Shown piece after piece: positions 15,999 to 23,415 of a stretch of 64,000 nucleotides of DNA; positions within the stretch are counted from its first letter, which is position 1, and each line of letters starts with the position of its first letter. Below the pieces are notes generated by a model that did not search any database, was not told the origin of the DNA, and saw only the letters and a list, made by a program, of their open reading frames with translations. Made by a program: the position numbers and the translations under genes. The DNA comes from an uncultured Candidatus Saccharibacteria bacterium (lineage in GTDB: Bacteria; Patescibacteriota; Minisyncoccia; Phycocordibacterales; SBAW01). The stretch lies in NCBI GenBank assembly GCA_964650645.1, contig CAZYUH010000001.1, forward strand, positions 283,032 through 347,031, given 5' to 3'.

Positions 15999-16425
15999 CA
16001 AATCAGACACAAAACCAGCCCTGCGGCTGGTTTTGTGCTATTTGTGAGCCGGAGCGATGATTCGCCAGCGGGCGAATCCGCGAGGCAGGGTCGTGCGGCA
16101 ATGCGCGCGACGGCGCGCATTGAACGCCTGACCAAAAGACACAAAGAACCGCCTTGAGGCGGTTTTTGTGCTTATGTGCTGGCCGAAGCCATGTCCTGCA
16201 CTTGCAGGACGGCGAGGCGGGGTCGCGAGGCGTTTGCGCGACGGTGCAAACGAACTCGTGACCACAAAAAACACAAAACCAGCCCTGCGGCTGGTTTTGT
16301 GCTATTTGTGAGCCGGAGCGATGATTCGCCAGCGGGCGAATCCGCGAGGCAGGGTCGTGCGGCAATGCGCGCGACGGCGCGCATTGAACGCCTGACCAAA
16401 AGACACAAAACCGCCTTGAGGCGGT
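15996..16425 (+). repeat. Modular array T-E-T-E-T-E-T. Terminator-like hairpin modules (ACACAAA-stem-loop-stem-TTTGTGCT) alternate with hairpin elements B (16033..16124), C (16165..16254) and B' (16296..16387). Segments 15996..16124 and 16260..16387 are near-identical direct repeats.
   Basis: Each E module is GCCGGAGCG, a variable hairpin with an ACTTGC-type loop, the conserved core hairpin CGCGA-GGCRGGG-TCGYG, a variable hairpin with a GACG-type loop, then GAACNCNTGACCA. Stems differ between copies through compensatory changes. Confidence 0.8.
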
Positions 16426-16452
16426 TCTGTGCTACTTGCGACTATAGTAAAA

Positions 16453-16932
16453 CTAAAGCCCGAAGAGTTCCGCGAGGTGCTCGCCCAGGTGGGCGTCCTG
16501 CTCGACCTCCTGCGCGTGGCGGCGCATGAAGGCGCGCACGTTCTGCGCGCGGGTCCCGACGCCAAGCGGTATCACGAGCTGGGGCGAGAGCATCCCGCTC
16601 GTCGTCACGAGCATCCGCGCCTCGCGGGCCTCGGTTTCGGGCTGGACCCAGAAGGATTGTATAGCGGAGAAGCGGTAGAGCGTGCCGTCCACGGAAAGCC
16701 CGCGGCTGTCGAGGCGCATGCTGTGCTCGCGGGGCCCGCGCGCGGCGAGCACGCCGATAGAGCCCGCGCCTACGGCGATGACGACCGCGAACAATATGTT
16801 GCCGAAGAACAGCGAGAGGCCCGCCGCCGCCGCCGCGCCCAGTCCCAGGCCCCAGTACCAGTCGGCGCTGCGCTCGCGGTGCTCGTGGGTGAGCACGTTC
16901 CAGGATATGCCTTGTCCTTCGTGGCCGCTCAT
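16453..16932 (-). CDS. Hypothetical membrane protein
   Basis: A 159-aa ORF from the ATG at 16932 with two TM helices. The track's upstream GTG start was rejected. Confidence 0.45.
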   Translation of the reverse strand: MSGHEGQGISWNVLTHEHRERSADWYWGLGLGAAAAAGLSLFFGNILFAVVIAVGAGSIGVLAARGPREHSMRLDSRGLSVDGTLYRFSAIQSFWVQPETEAREARMLVTTSGMLSPQLVIPLGVGTRAQNVRAFMRRHAQEVEQDAHLGEHLAELFGL

Positions 16933-16967
16933 TGCTGTAAGTATACCCCCTGCGCTAGTATGGGCGC

Positions 16968-17654
16968 ATGAGTATTTCACTGGTACTGGCGTGGGCGTGC
17001 GCGATAGGGGTGTCCGTCCTGGGCGCGGCGTACTGGGCGCGCCGCTCGGGCCGCTCCGACCCGCTCATGGCGCTCTTCGTCACGCTGGTGCTCGTCTCCA
17101 ACCTCGTCGCCGCCAAGATAGTCGGCTTCGATTTCCTTGTGGCGACGCTCTACGCGCCGGCCGCGACCGTGTTCTTCTCGGTGACGTTCCTCGTCTCGGA
17201 CATCATAAACGAGCGCTTCGGCCGCGCCGAGGCCCAGCGCGCCATCATAATGGCGACGCTCGCGCAGATAGCGTTCATCGCGTTTTCCGAAATCGCGCTG
17301 AGCGCGGCGCCGGCGCCGTTCTTCACGGGGCAGATAGCGTTCGAGGCGGTCTTGGGCGCGGTGCCGCGCATCGCGCTGGCCGGGCTCATCACGTTCCTTA
17401 TAAGCGAGTCGCTCGACGCGTACCTCTATTCCTGGTTCAGGGAGAAGACCGAGGGCCGGCACCTGTGGATGCGCTATGCGTTCAGTTCGCTCCCCGCGAT
17501 GCTCATCGATAGCGTCCTGTTCGTCGTGCTCGCGTTCGCCGGCGTCCAGCCCCTTCTGCCGCTCATTATCGGGCTCACGGTCATAAAGTACCTGGTGGGG
17601 CTCGCCAACGCGCCGCTCATGTACGCGGCCCGCGCGGTCCTGCGCGGGGAATAG
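16968..17654 (+). CDS. Queuosine-precursor transporter family membrane protein (YhhQ/DUF165-like)
   Basis: Multi-TM protein with FFSVTFLVSDIINERFG and a DUF165-like layout. A TAGTAT -10 lies 6 nt before the ATG. Confidence 0.6.
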   Translation: MSISLVLAWACAIGVSVLGAAYWARRSGRSDPLMALFVTLVLVSNLVAAKIVGFDFLVATLYAPAATVFFSVTFLVSDIINERFGRAEAQRAIIMATLAQIAFIAFSEIALSAAPAPFFTGQIAFEAVLGAVPRIALAGLITFLISESLDAYLYSWFREKTEGRHLWMRYAFSSLPAMLIDSVLFVVLAFAGVQPLLPLIIGLTVIKYLVGLANAPLMYAARAVLRGE

Positions 17655-17707
17655 GGGAGCTCGCCGTCCTGGCTAATCGCGGCATTGGTGATATAAGCTA
17701 CGTATAC

Positions 17708-17792
17708 GGAGGGGTGCGTGAGTGGTCGAAACGAGCGGTCTTGAAAACCGCCAGGCCGCAAGGCCTCGTGGGTTCGAATCCCACCCCCTCCG
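17708..17792 (+). tRNA. tRNA-Ser (anticodon TGA)
   Basis: Acceptor GGAGGGG/CCCCTCC, anticodon loop CUUGAAA, a long variable arm (CAGGCCGCAAGGCCT), T-loop TTCGAATCC, and discriminator G. Confidence 0.9.
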
Positions 17793-17805
17793 CCGCGTCA
17801 TATAT

Positions 17806-18216
17806 ATGAAACACATCGGCATAGATTACGGAACCCGCCGCATCGGCATCGCCGTCTCGGACGAGACGGGCTCTTTGGCGTTCCCACTCGGGGTCGTAAA
17901 GGCGGGGCAGGGGGCGCTTGAGGAGGTTGCGAGCATTGCCCGCGAGAACGGCGTGCAGAAAATCGTCATCGGCGAGTCGCGCGACAACAGCGGCAGGGCA
18001 AACGAGGTAATGGAGGACATCGAGCAATTCAAAAGAGATATCGAGGAGCTGACGGGGCTTTCCGCGGACTACGAGCGCGAGTTCTTTACGAGCGCGCTGG
18101 CGGCGCGCCAGTTCGCCCCGGAGGCGAAGTCGCGAAAAAAGAACCCCTCGCACGACGACCTCGACGCGTCGGCCGCCGCCCTCATATTGCAGAGCTACCT
18201 GGACAGGGTAAAGTAA
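17806..18216 (+). CDS. yqgF: Putative pre-16S rRNA nuclease / Holliday junction resolvase-like YqgF (RuvX)
   Basis: MKHIGIDYGTRRIGIAVSD... shows the RNase H-like YqgF signature. The ORF in the track runs upstream into tRNA-Ser and was trimmed. Confidence 0.8.
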   Translation: MKHIGIDYGTRRIGIAVSDETGSLAFPLGVVKAGQGALEEVASIARENGVQKIVIGESRDNSGRANEVMEDIEQFKRDIEELTGLSADYEREFFTSALAARQFAPEAKSRKKNPSHDDLDASAAALILQSYLDRVK

Positions 18217-18220
18217 GCGT

Positions 18221-18553
18221 ATGGACCCTATCTCCATAGACGACGTCAAGAAGGTCGAGATAACGGTGGGCGAGATACGGAGCGCCGAGCGCATCGAGGG
18301 GAGCGACAAGCTCCTGAAGCTCTCGGTGGACTTCGGCGAGGAGTCTCCGCGCCAGGTGCTCTCGGGCATCGGCCGCCACTTCGAGGACGTGCAGGCTTTG
18401 GTGGGGAAGCGTTATCCGTTCGTCACCAACCTGGCGCCCCGCACCATGATGGGCCTTGAGAGCCAGGCGATGATACTAGCGACCGGCGGCTCGGGCGAGG
18501 AGCCGTTCAATCTATTCGAAACGAAGGCGTCTCCGGGCGCCAGGGCGAACTGA
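18221..18553 (+). CDS. Stand-alone tRNA-binding protein (CsaA / Trbp111 / MetRS-C-terminal-like OB fold)
   Basis: A 110-aa protein with VGEIRSAERIEGSDKLLKLSVDFGEE... and YPFVTNLAPRTMMGLESQAMIL, typical of the Myf/EMAP-II tRNA-binding domain. Confidence 0.7.
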   Translation: MDPISIDDVKKVEITVGEIRSAERIEGSDKLLKLSVDFGEESPRQVLSGIGRHFEDVQALVGKRYPFVTNLAPRTMMGLESQAMILATGGSGEEPFNLFETKASPGARAN

Positions 18554-18554
18554 C

Positions 18555-19175
18555 ATGGAGGTGCTGGAGCATATAACGCCGCCGCCCAAGCGCACCCGGC
18601 TGTGGCACTGGTTCAGGGAGCACGCGAGAAGCCGCATGGCGCTGGCGTGGCTGGCGCTCATCGCCTTTACCGACACGCTGTTCTCTCCCATTACGGCCGA
18701 GGCGTTCCTGACCGCGCTCATGCTCGCCCATCGCGACCGCTGGCGCGCGTACCTGCCCGTGGCGCTCGCGTTCTCCGTGCTCGGGACCGTGACGGGGTAC
18801 TGGCTCTTCTATTTCCTGTACCGGTCGTTCGGCGAGGCCCTGCTCGCGTCGTGGGGCTACGCGGGAGCCTTTTCGGCCGCGCAGGAGCTCGTGGGCGCGC
18901 ATATCTTCACCGCGCTCCTCGTCGCGTCGTTCACGCCGCTCCCCGACAAGGTGTTCATCTACGCGGCGGGCATACTGGGCGCGCCGTTCGCCCCGTTCAT
19001 CGCGGGCTTCGCCCTGGGCCGGGGCCTGCGCATGAGTGCCGTCACGTACATCGTCTGGAAGTTCGGCGAGCCCGTGCTCGATATCGCGGACCGCTACTGG
19101 ATGTACGCCAGCGCGGCAGCCGTGGCGCTGTTCGCGCTGTATGCTATCTTGAAATTCCACCTGCTGCCCCTGTAG
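18555..19175 (+). CDS. DedA/YqaA (VTT-domain) family membrane protein
   Basis: A 206-aa multi-TM protein with DedA-like conserved Gly/Phe spacing. Its stop codon overlaps the 5' end of tRNA-Arg(TCT). Confidence 0.5.
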   Translation: MEVLEHITPPPKRTRLWHWFREHARSRMALAWLALIAFTDTLFSPITAEAFLTALMLAHRDRWRAYLPVALAFSVLGTVTGYWLFYFLYRSFGEALLASWGYAGAFSAAQELVGAHIFTALLVASFTPLPDKVFIYAAGILGAPFAPFIAGFALGRGLRMSAVTYIVWKFGEPVLDIADRYWMYASAAAVALFALYAILKFHLLPL

Positions 19176-19237
19176 TTAAATGGATATAACTGCGGACTTC
19201 TAAGCCGCTGTTCGAGGTTCGATTCCTCGCGGGGGCA
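19166..19237 (+). tRNA. tRNA-Arg (anticodon TCT)
   Basis: Acceptor GCCCCTG/CGGGGGC, D-arm GTTA-AATGGATA-TAAC, anticodon loop CUUCUAA, and T-arm CGAGG-TTCGATT-CCTCG. The anticodon stem has one A-G mismatch. Confidence 0.75.
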
Positions 19238-19240
19238 CAG

Positions 19241-19560
19241 AAAAAACACAAAGACCTGCCTTGAGGCAGGTTTTGTGCTTTTCTGTGGGGCGCAGCCATG
19301 TCCCGCACTGGCGGGACGGCGAGCCGGGGTCGCGAGGCGTTTGCGCGGCGGCGCAAACGGACTTGTGACCAAAGTACACAAACAACCGCCTTGAGGCGGT
19401 TTTTGTGACTTGGTGCCGGCCGCAGCGGTGTTTTGCACTTGCAAAACCGCGAGGCGGGGTCGCGAAAAGTTTTTGCGACGACAAAAACTTATTCGTGACT
19501 GTAAAGCAGGCGGTCGCCTTAAGCTCAAGGCAGGTTTTGTGCTTTTCTGTGAGCCGGAGC
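19241..19560 (+). repeat. Modular array between tRNA-Arg(TCT) and tRNA-Val: element D (19281..19372), element E (19412..19500), and a truncated copy (19525..19560)
   Basis: The same conserved flanks and core are present. Hairpins are GTCCCGC/GCGGGAC and GTTTTGC/GCAAAAC in hp1, and GTTTGCGCG/CGCGCAAAC and GTTTTTGCG/CGACAAAAAC in hp2. Confidence 0.8.
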
Positions 19561-19613
19561 GCCGCCGCGCGCTGATAGGAAAAAAGCCGCGTTTCTGCTA
19601 AAGTGTGCCGTAC

Positions 19614-19686
19614 GGGCGATTAGCTCAGTTGGTAGAGCAACTCTTTTACACAGAGAAGGTCACAGGTTCGAGTCCTGTATCGCCCA
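19614..19686 (+). tRNA. tRNA-Val (anticodon TAC)
   Basis: Acceptor GGGCGAT/ATCGCCC, D-arm GCTC-AGTTGGTA-GAGC, anticodon loop UUUACAC, and T-arm ACAGG-TTCGAGT-CCTGT. Confidence 0.9.
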
Positions 19687-19696
19687 CAGATGACAT

Positions 19697-19727
19697 GCGA
19701 AAAAACGGCCGGGGGCCGTTTTTTTGC
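19697..19727 (+). terminator. Rho-independent terminator after tRNA-Val
   Basis: GAAAAAACGGCCGGGGGCCGTTTTTTTG. Confidence 0.8.
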
Positions 19728-19734
19728 ATTGTGT

Positions 19735-19870
19735 CACTGTGCGGCGATACAGAACTCGAAAGCGAGCGCGGGCACCCGCCGAGCGCGGCGGGTCGCGCGA
19801 GCAGGGCCGAGAAATTTTTTGCCGCGTCGGCGGCAAAAAATGTTCTTGGCCGAGTCCTGTATCGCGACGG
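19735..19870 (+). repeat. Variant element copy H after tRNA-Val; it ends in a duplicated tRNA-Val 3' segment (GAGTCCTGTATCGC at 19849..19862)
   Basis: A core-like GCGGCGGGTCGCGCGAGCAGGG, the hairpin TTTTTTGCCGC-GTCG-GCGGCAAAAAA, then a 14-nt exact repeat of the tRNA-Val T-arm and acceptor 3' end. Confidence 0.55.
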
Positions 19871-19944
19871 CTGCCTTTGAATGCCTGGCCACGCATGGCC
19901 CCCGCCTCCTCGACTTAAAACTATAAGAACGCTACAGTGCGCGT

Positions 19945-20634
19945 ATGGAGCCCGTAATCCTGTTCGAGGACGACCATCTGGTGGTCGTCGATAAGCCGGC
20001 GGGGATGATCGTATACCCGGACGGCCGGCACGACTATCCGGCCCTTTCGCATTGGCTCGAGGGCCGCTACGGCGAAGGCGGCTTCTTCTTCGTGCACCGC
20101 ATCGACCGCGAGACGTCGGGCGCGCTGGTCGTCGCAAAAACGGAAGAGGCGTTCGAATTCCTCAAGGAGCAGTTCAAGGGCCGGCAGGTCAAGAAGACGT
20201 ACCGCGCGTTCGTGCACGGCACCTTCAAGGAAGAGCGGGGAATAATAGACAAGCCCATAGGCTCCAGCCGCGGCGGCGCGGGCCCGCGCTCGGCCAAGCT
20301 TTCCTACGGGGTGCAGCGCGACGCGGTGACCATGTACAAGGTGCTTAAGAGCCGGCCGCATAGCGGCGGGACGCAGGAGCCTGTCTCGTACGTCGAAGTG
20401 TTCCCCAAGACAGGGCGCACGCACCAGATCCGCGTCCATTTCGCCTCGGTGGGCCGGCCCATCATCGCCGACAGGCTGTACGGCGCCGGCCGCCCCGCGC
20501 TCCTGGGCTTTGAGCGGCTCGCCCTGCACGCGCTTTCCCTGGCAATCATCCACCCGAGCGGCCAGGAGATGGTGTTCAAGGCCCCTCTGCCGCCCGATTT
20601 CGCCGCGGCGGAAGCGCAATTGCAGGGCAACTAG
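19945..20634 (+). CDS. rluA: RluA-family 23S rRNA/tRNA pseudouridine synthase
   Basis: The catalytic motif HRIDRETSGALVVAKT and a length of 229 aa. Confidence 0.8.
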   Translation: MEPVILFEDDHLVVVDKPAGMIVYPDGRHDYPALSHWLEGRYGEGGFFFVHRIDRETSGALVVAKTEEAFEFLKEQFKGRQVKKTYRAFVHGTFKEERGIIDKPIGSSRGGAGPRSAKLSYGVQRDAVTMYKVLKSRPHSGGTQEPVSYVEVFPKTGRTHQIRVHFASVGRPIIADRLYGAGRPALLGFERLALHALSLAIIHPSGQEMVFKAPLPPDFAAAEAQLQGN

Positions 20635-20742
20635 CTTTGTGTTACAGTCTTGTGGCAATATAAGCAGCTCTAGGCGCTCTTATATATCCGTCGCTCGCTC
20701 GGAAATAAAAGCGGGGCTTATATTTCTCTCACTCGCTAGGAT

Positions 20743-21237
20743 ATGAAAACGGCAGTCAAAACCTCTACGGTAGACATGGCAGCGCGCAAGGACCTCGGCA
20801 TCCGCTCGGGGGACACGGTGCGCGTCTGGCAGAACATCGTCGAGCTCAAGACCGGCAAGGCCGCCAACAAGAAGGAGGTCACCACCAAGAACGTCCGCCG
20901 CCAGGCGTTCGAGGGCCTTGTGCTCGCCGTCAAGCACGGCACCGAGGCGGGCGCCACGTTCACGGTGCGCAAGGTGTCCGGCGGCATCGGCGTAGAGAAG
21001 ATTTTCCCGCTGTACTCGCCGATGATCGACTCGGTCGAGGTGCTGCGCCGCACCCGCACCCGCCGCGCCAAGCTCTACTTCATCCGCGACAAGGCCGCCC
21101 GCGACCAGAAGCGCGCGATGCGCCGCCAGATGAGCGTGACGCCCAAGAAGGCGCTCGCCGATGAGGCTCCGGCAGAGGAGCTGGCAGCCGAGGCTCCGGC
21201 CGAGGCGGTAGAGGCAGGGGCAACTGCCCAGGAGTAA
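20743..21237 (+). CDS. rplS: 50S ribosomal protein L19 (with a C-terminal Ala/Glu-rich extension)
   Basis: [12 protein letters not shown]...[41 protein letters not shown] matches the L19 signature. Confidence 0.85.
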   Translation: MKTAVKTSTVDMAARKDLGIRSGDTVRVWQNIVELKTGKAANKKEVTTKNVRRQAFEGLVLAVKHGTEAGATFTVRKVSGGIGVEKIFPLYSPMIDSVEVLRRTRTRRAKLYFIRDKAARDQKRAMRRQMSVTPKKALADEAPAEELAAEAPAEAVEAGATAQE

Positions 21238-21242
21238 GAAGA

Positions 21243-21268
21243 ACCGGCGCTCGCCGGTTTTTTTAATT
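21243..21268 (+). terminator. Rho-independent terminator after rplS
   Basis: AACCGGCGCTCGCCGGTTTTTTT. Confidence 0.8.
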
Positions 21269-21274
21269 TTGCGT

Positions 21275-21303
21275 TTGAGAAATAGGGGAATATTGGGTAT
21301 AGT
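21275..21303 (+). promoter_or_regulatory. Sigma70-like promoter for tRNA-Leu: TTGAGA, a 17-bp spacer, then TATAGT
   Basis: Hexamers lie at 21275..21280 and 21298..21303. The tRNA starts about 18 nt downstream. Confidence 0.55.
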
Positions 21304-21320
21304 GGGGCGGTTCGGCATCT

Positions 21321-21404
21321 GCCCAGGTGGCGAAATTGGTAGACGCACTACCTTGAGGTGGTAGCCCCGGCAACGGGTTGGAGGTTCAAGTCCTCTCCTG
21401 GGCA
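21321..21404 (+). tRNA. tRNA-Leu (anticodon GAG)
   Basis: Acceptor GCCCAGG/CCTGGGC, anticodon stem CTACC/GGTAG with loop UUGAGGU, a long variable arm, and T-loop TTCAAGTCC. Confidence 0.9.
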
Positions 21405-21625
21405 CTAACGACACAAAGGCGCTCCCTGCGGAGCGCTTTGTGCGTTAGTGCCGGCCGCAGCGATGTTTTGCACTTGCAAAACCGCGAGGCGGGTTCGCGA
21501 GCGAATTTGGCGACGGCCAAATTCGACTTGTGAACGCAAACACGAATACTTTTGAACGCCTGACCAAAAAGACGCAAAGACCTGCCTTGAGGCAGGTTTT
21601 GTGCTTTAGTGCCCGAGCGAAGCCG
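21405..21625 (+). repeat. Array after tRNA-Leu: a T module, element F (21445..21571, with an extra partial 3' flank), a T module, and a truncated start of another element
   Basis: GCCGGCCGCAGCG, hp1 GTTTTGCACTTGCAAAAC, core CGCGAGGCGGGTTCGCGAG, hp2 AATTTGGCGACGGCCAAATT, then CGACTTGTGAAC ... GAACGCCTGACCAAAAAG. Confidence 0.75.
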
Positions 21626-21644
21626 CATATGGTAGTGTGTGGAA

Positions 21645-22625
21645 ATGCTTTGGATTATTTTCGCAGCGATAGTCGCGGTAGCCCTGCTCGTCGATTTTTT
21701 CGCCATGAACAGGCAGGGCGCGCACCGGGTCTCCATAAAGGAGGCGGGGCTGTGGTCGGCGGCGTGGGTGGGGCTTTCGTTCCTGTTCGTCGGATGGCTG
21801 TGGTGGTACATGGGCGGCGTCGGGGCCGATCTGGCTGCGCGGGCGGTGGCGCACACCAAGGCCGTCGAGTTCATAACCGGCTACCTCATAGAAAAGGCGC
21901 TGGCGGTCGACAACATCTTCGTCTTCCTGCTCGTGTTCACGTATTTCTCGGTTCCGGCGGAATTCCAGAAGCGCCTGCTCATGTTCGGCATCCTGTTCGC
22001 GCTCGTCCTGCGCGCGGTCATGATACTGCTGGGCGCGTGGCTCGTCTCGGAATTCCACTGGATACTCTACGTGTTCGGGGCGTTCCTGTTCTACACCGGC
22101 ATAAAGATATGGCGCTCGATAGGGAAGGAGCCGGACCTGGAGTCGAACCTGGCGCTCCGGTGGATCAACCGCACCTTCAAGCTGTCCCCGCGGCTGGACG
22201 GCGAGAAGCTCTTTACCGTCCGGGACGGCGTGAAGATGGCGACGCCGCTCTTCGCCGCCATGGTGCTCATCGGCATAGTGGACGTCCTCTTCGCGGTCGA
22301 CTCCATTCCGGCCATATTCGCGGTCACGACCGACCCGTTCATCGTGCTTAGCTCCAACGTGTTCGCCATACTCGGCCTGCGCGCCATGTACTTCCTGCTT
22401 GCTGGCATGCACGAGCGCTTCCACCTGCTCTCGTACGGCCTGTCCATAATCCTCGTGCTTATCGGCGCGAAGATGATGCTCATGGACGTGCTGAAGATCC
22501 ATATCGCCTGGTCGCTCGGCGCCACCGTCGCCGTGCTCGCCGCGTCGGTCGGACTGAGCCTGCTTATAAAGCCCAAGGGCGTGGTGGGGAGCGCGTACCC
22601 GTTCGATTCGAAGGAAGAGGCTTAA
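21645..22625 (+). CDS. TerC/Alx family integral membrane protein
   Basis: The multi-TM TerC signature (AVDNIFVFLLVF, DSIPAIFAVT). The ATG at 21645 is preferred over the GTG at 21639. Confidence 0.75.
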   Translation: MLWIIFAAIVAVALLVDFFAMNRQGAHRVSIKEAGLWSAAWVGLSFLFVGWLWWYMGGVGADLAARAVAHTKAVEFITGYLIEKALAVDNIFVFLLVFTYFSVPAEFQKRLLMFGILFALVLRAVMILLGAWLVSEFHWILYVFGAFLFYTGIKIWRSIGKEPDLESNLALRWINRTFKLSPRLDGEKLFTVRDGVKMATPLFAAMVLIGIVDVLFAVDSIPAIFAVTTDPFIVLSSNVFAILGLRAMYFLLAGMHERFHLLSYGLSIILVLIGAKMMLMDVLKIHIAWSLGATVAVLAASVGLSLLIKPKGVVGSAYPFDSKEEA

Positions 22626-22641
22626 ACACCGCGCCGTTGTG

Positions 22642-22650
22642 TGCTATAAC
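22642..22650 (+). promoter_or_regulatory. Extended -10 element TGCTATAAC for tRNA-His
   Basis: A TGn-TATAAC element ends about 8 nt before the tRNA 5' end. Related motifs are TGCTATAGT at 12069..12077 upstream of tRNA-Lys, and TGCTACACT at 22888..22896 and 59666..59674. Confidence 0.5.
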
Positions 22651-22658
22651 TGCTGCAC

Positions 22659-22731
22659 GGTGGTCGTAGCTCAATGGTAGAGCCCTGGTTTGTGGTACCA
22701 GTTGTTGTGGGTTCGAGTCCCATCGATCACC
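22659..22731 (+). tRNA. tRNA-His (anticodon GTG) with an encoded G-1
   Basis: A G at -1 then acceptor GTGGTCG/CGATCAC, discriminator C, anticodon loop UUGUGGU, and T-loop TTCGAGTCC. Confidence 0.9.
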
Positions 22732-22734
22732 CCT

Positions 22735-22766
22735 GAGAAAAAGCGGCCCATAGGCCGTCTTTTTCG
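22735..22766 (+). terminator. Rho-independent terminator after tRNA-His
   Basis: GAAAAAGCGGCCCATAGGCCGTCTTTTTCG. Confidence 0.75.
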
Positions 22767-22817
22767 TAAGAGGGCGGTCGAAGCGAGAGGCTTGAGCGTC
22801 TTGCGGTGGGACTCGAA

Positions 22818-22872
22818 AGCCGGAGCGATGCCCTGCACTTGCAGGGTAGCGAGGCGGGCGGCCTGGCCGCGC
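22818..22872 (+). repeat. Partial element copy G after tRNA-His and its terminator
   Basis: GCCGGAGCG, hp1 (CCCTGCACTTGCAGGG), then a degenerate core. Confidence 0.6.
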
Positions 22873-22907
22873 CTTTTCTGCATAAAGTGCTACACTAACC
22901 GCATTCC

Positions 22908-23399
22908 ATGGACCCAAAGCAAGACAATCTGCGCCGCGCCGTGTCCGCCACCACCCGCTGGGTGGGGTCGCCGCAGTCGGTGGTACTGCATACGGTGCTG
23001 TTCATAGGCAGCTTCGCGGTGGCGTTCATCGGCTGGATAGACACCGACCGCATGCTCCTCATCCTCACCACCATCGTCTCCCTCGAGGCGATATACCTCT
23101 CGCTGTTCATACAGATGACGGTCAACTACCAGCAGCAGAGCCTCGAGGAGGTGGGGCAGGACATCGAGGAAATCCAGGAGGATATCGACGAGATCGCCGA
23201 GGACGTTGACGAGATCGCGGAGGATGTCGATGAAATCGCCGAGGACGTGGATGAGATACAGGAGGACGTGTCGGAGATGTCGGAGGAGGATGCCGAAGAG
23301 GAGGCGCGCGAGCAGGCGCAGGACAGGACGCTCGAGGAGATACGCGGCACGCTGGGCGCGCTCATGAAGGATTTGGAGCGGTTGCAAAACAGGAAATAA
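22908..23399 (+). CDS. DUF1003-like membrane protein with a C-terminal acidic heptad-repeat tail
   Basis: Two TM helices, an LFIQMTVNYQQQ segment, then a (EDVDEIA)n coiled-coil-like tail encoded by 21-bp tandem repeats. Confidence 0.5.
   Translation: MDPKQDNLRRAVSATTRWVGSPQSVVLHTVLFIGSFAVAFIGWIDTDRMLLILTTIVSLEAIYLSLFIQMTVNYQQQSLEEVGQDIEEIQEDIDEIAEDVDEIAEDVDEIAEDVDEIQEDVSEMSEEDAEEEAREQAQDRTLEEIRGTLGALMKDLERLQNRK
23157..23282 (+). repeat. 21-bp tandem repeats (about 6 units) encoding the acidic heptad (E/Q)EDVDEIA repeats
   Basis: gaggacgttgacgagatcgcg-like units in direct tandem, inside the DUF1003 gene. Confidence 0.8.
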
Positions 23400-23415
23400 T
23401 TGCTATTACTGAGCT

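Noticed and set aside
16033-16124. A tRNA-like or integron attC interpretation of the hairpin element
   Set aside because: The 5' and 3' conserved flanks (GCCGGAGCG and GAACGCCTGACCA) are not complementary, so there is no acceptor stem. There is no T-loop or anticodon-loop geometry and no RYYYAAC/GTTRRRY core sites.
15996-16425. A CRISPR array interpretation of the repeat region
   Set aside because: Units are not identical direct repeats separated by unique spacers. Both modules vary in sequence while conserving hairpin structure, there are no cas genes in the window, and copies are dispersed next to several tRNA genes.
17722-17805. The N-terminal extension of yqgF, and similar extensions of efp, rpsT and the GYAWS protein in the ORF track
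   Set aside because: The extensions overlap tRNA-Ser, opposite-strand genes or terminators. Conserved protein N-termini begin at internal Met codons.
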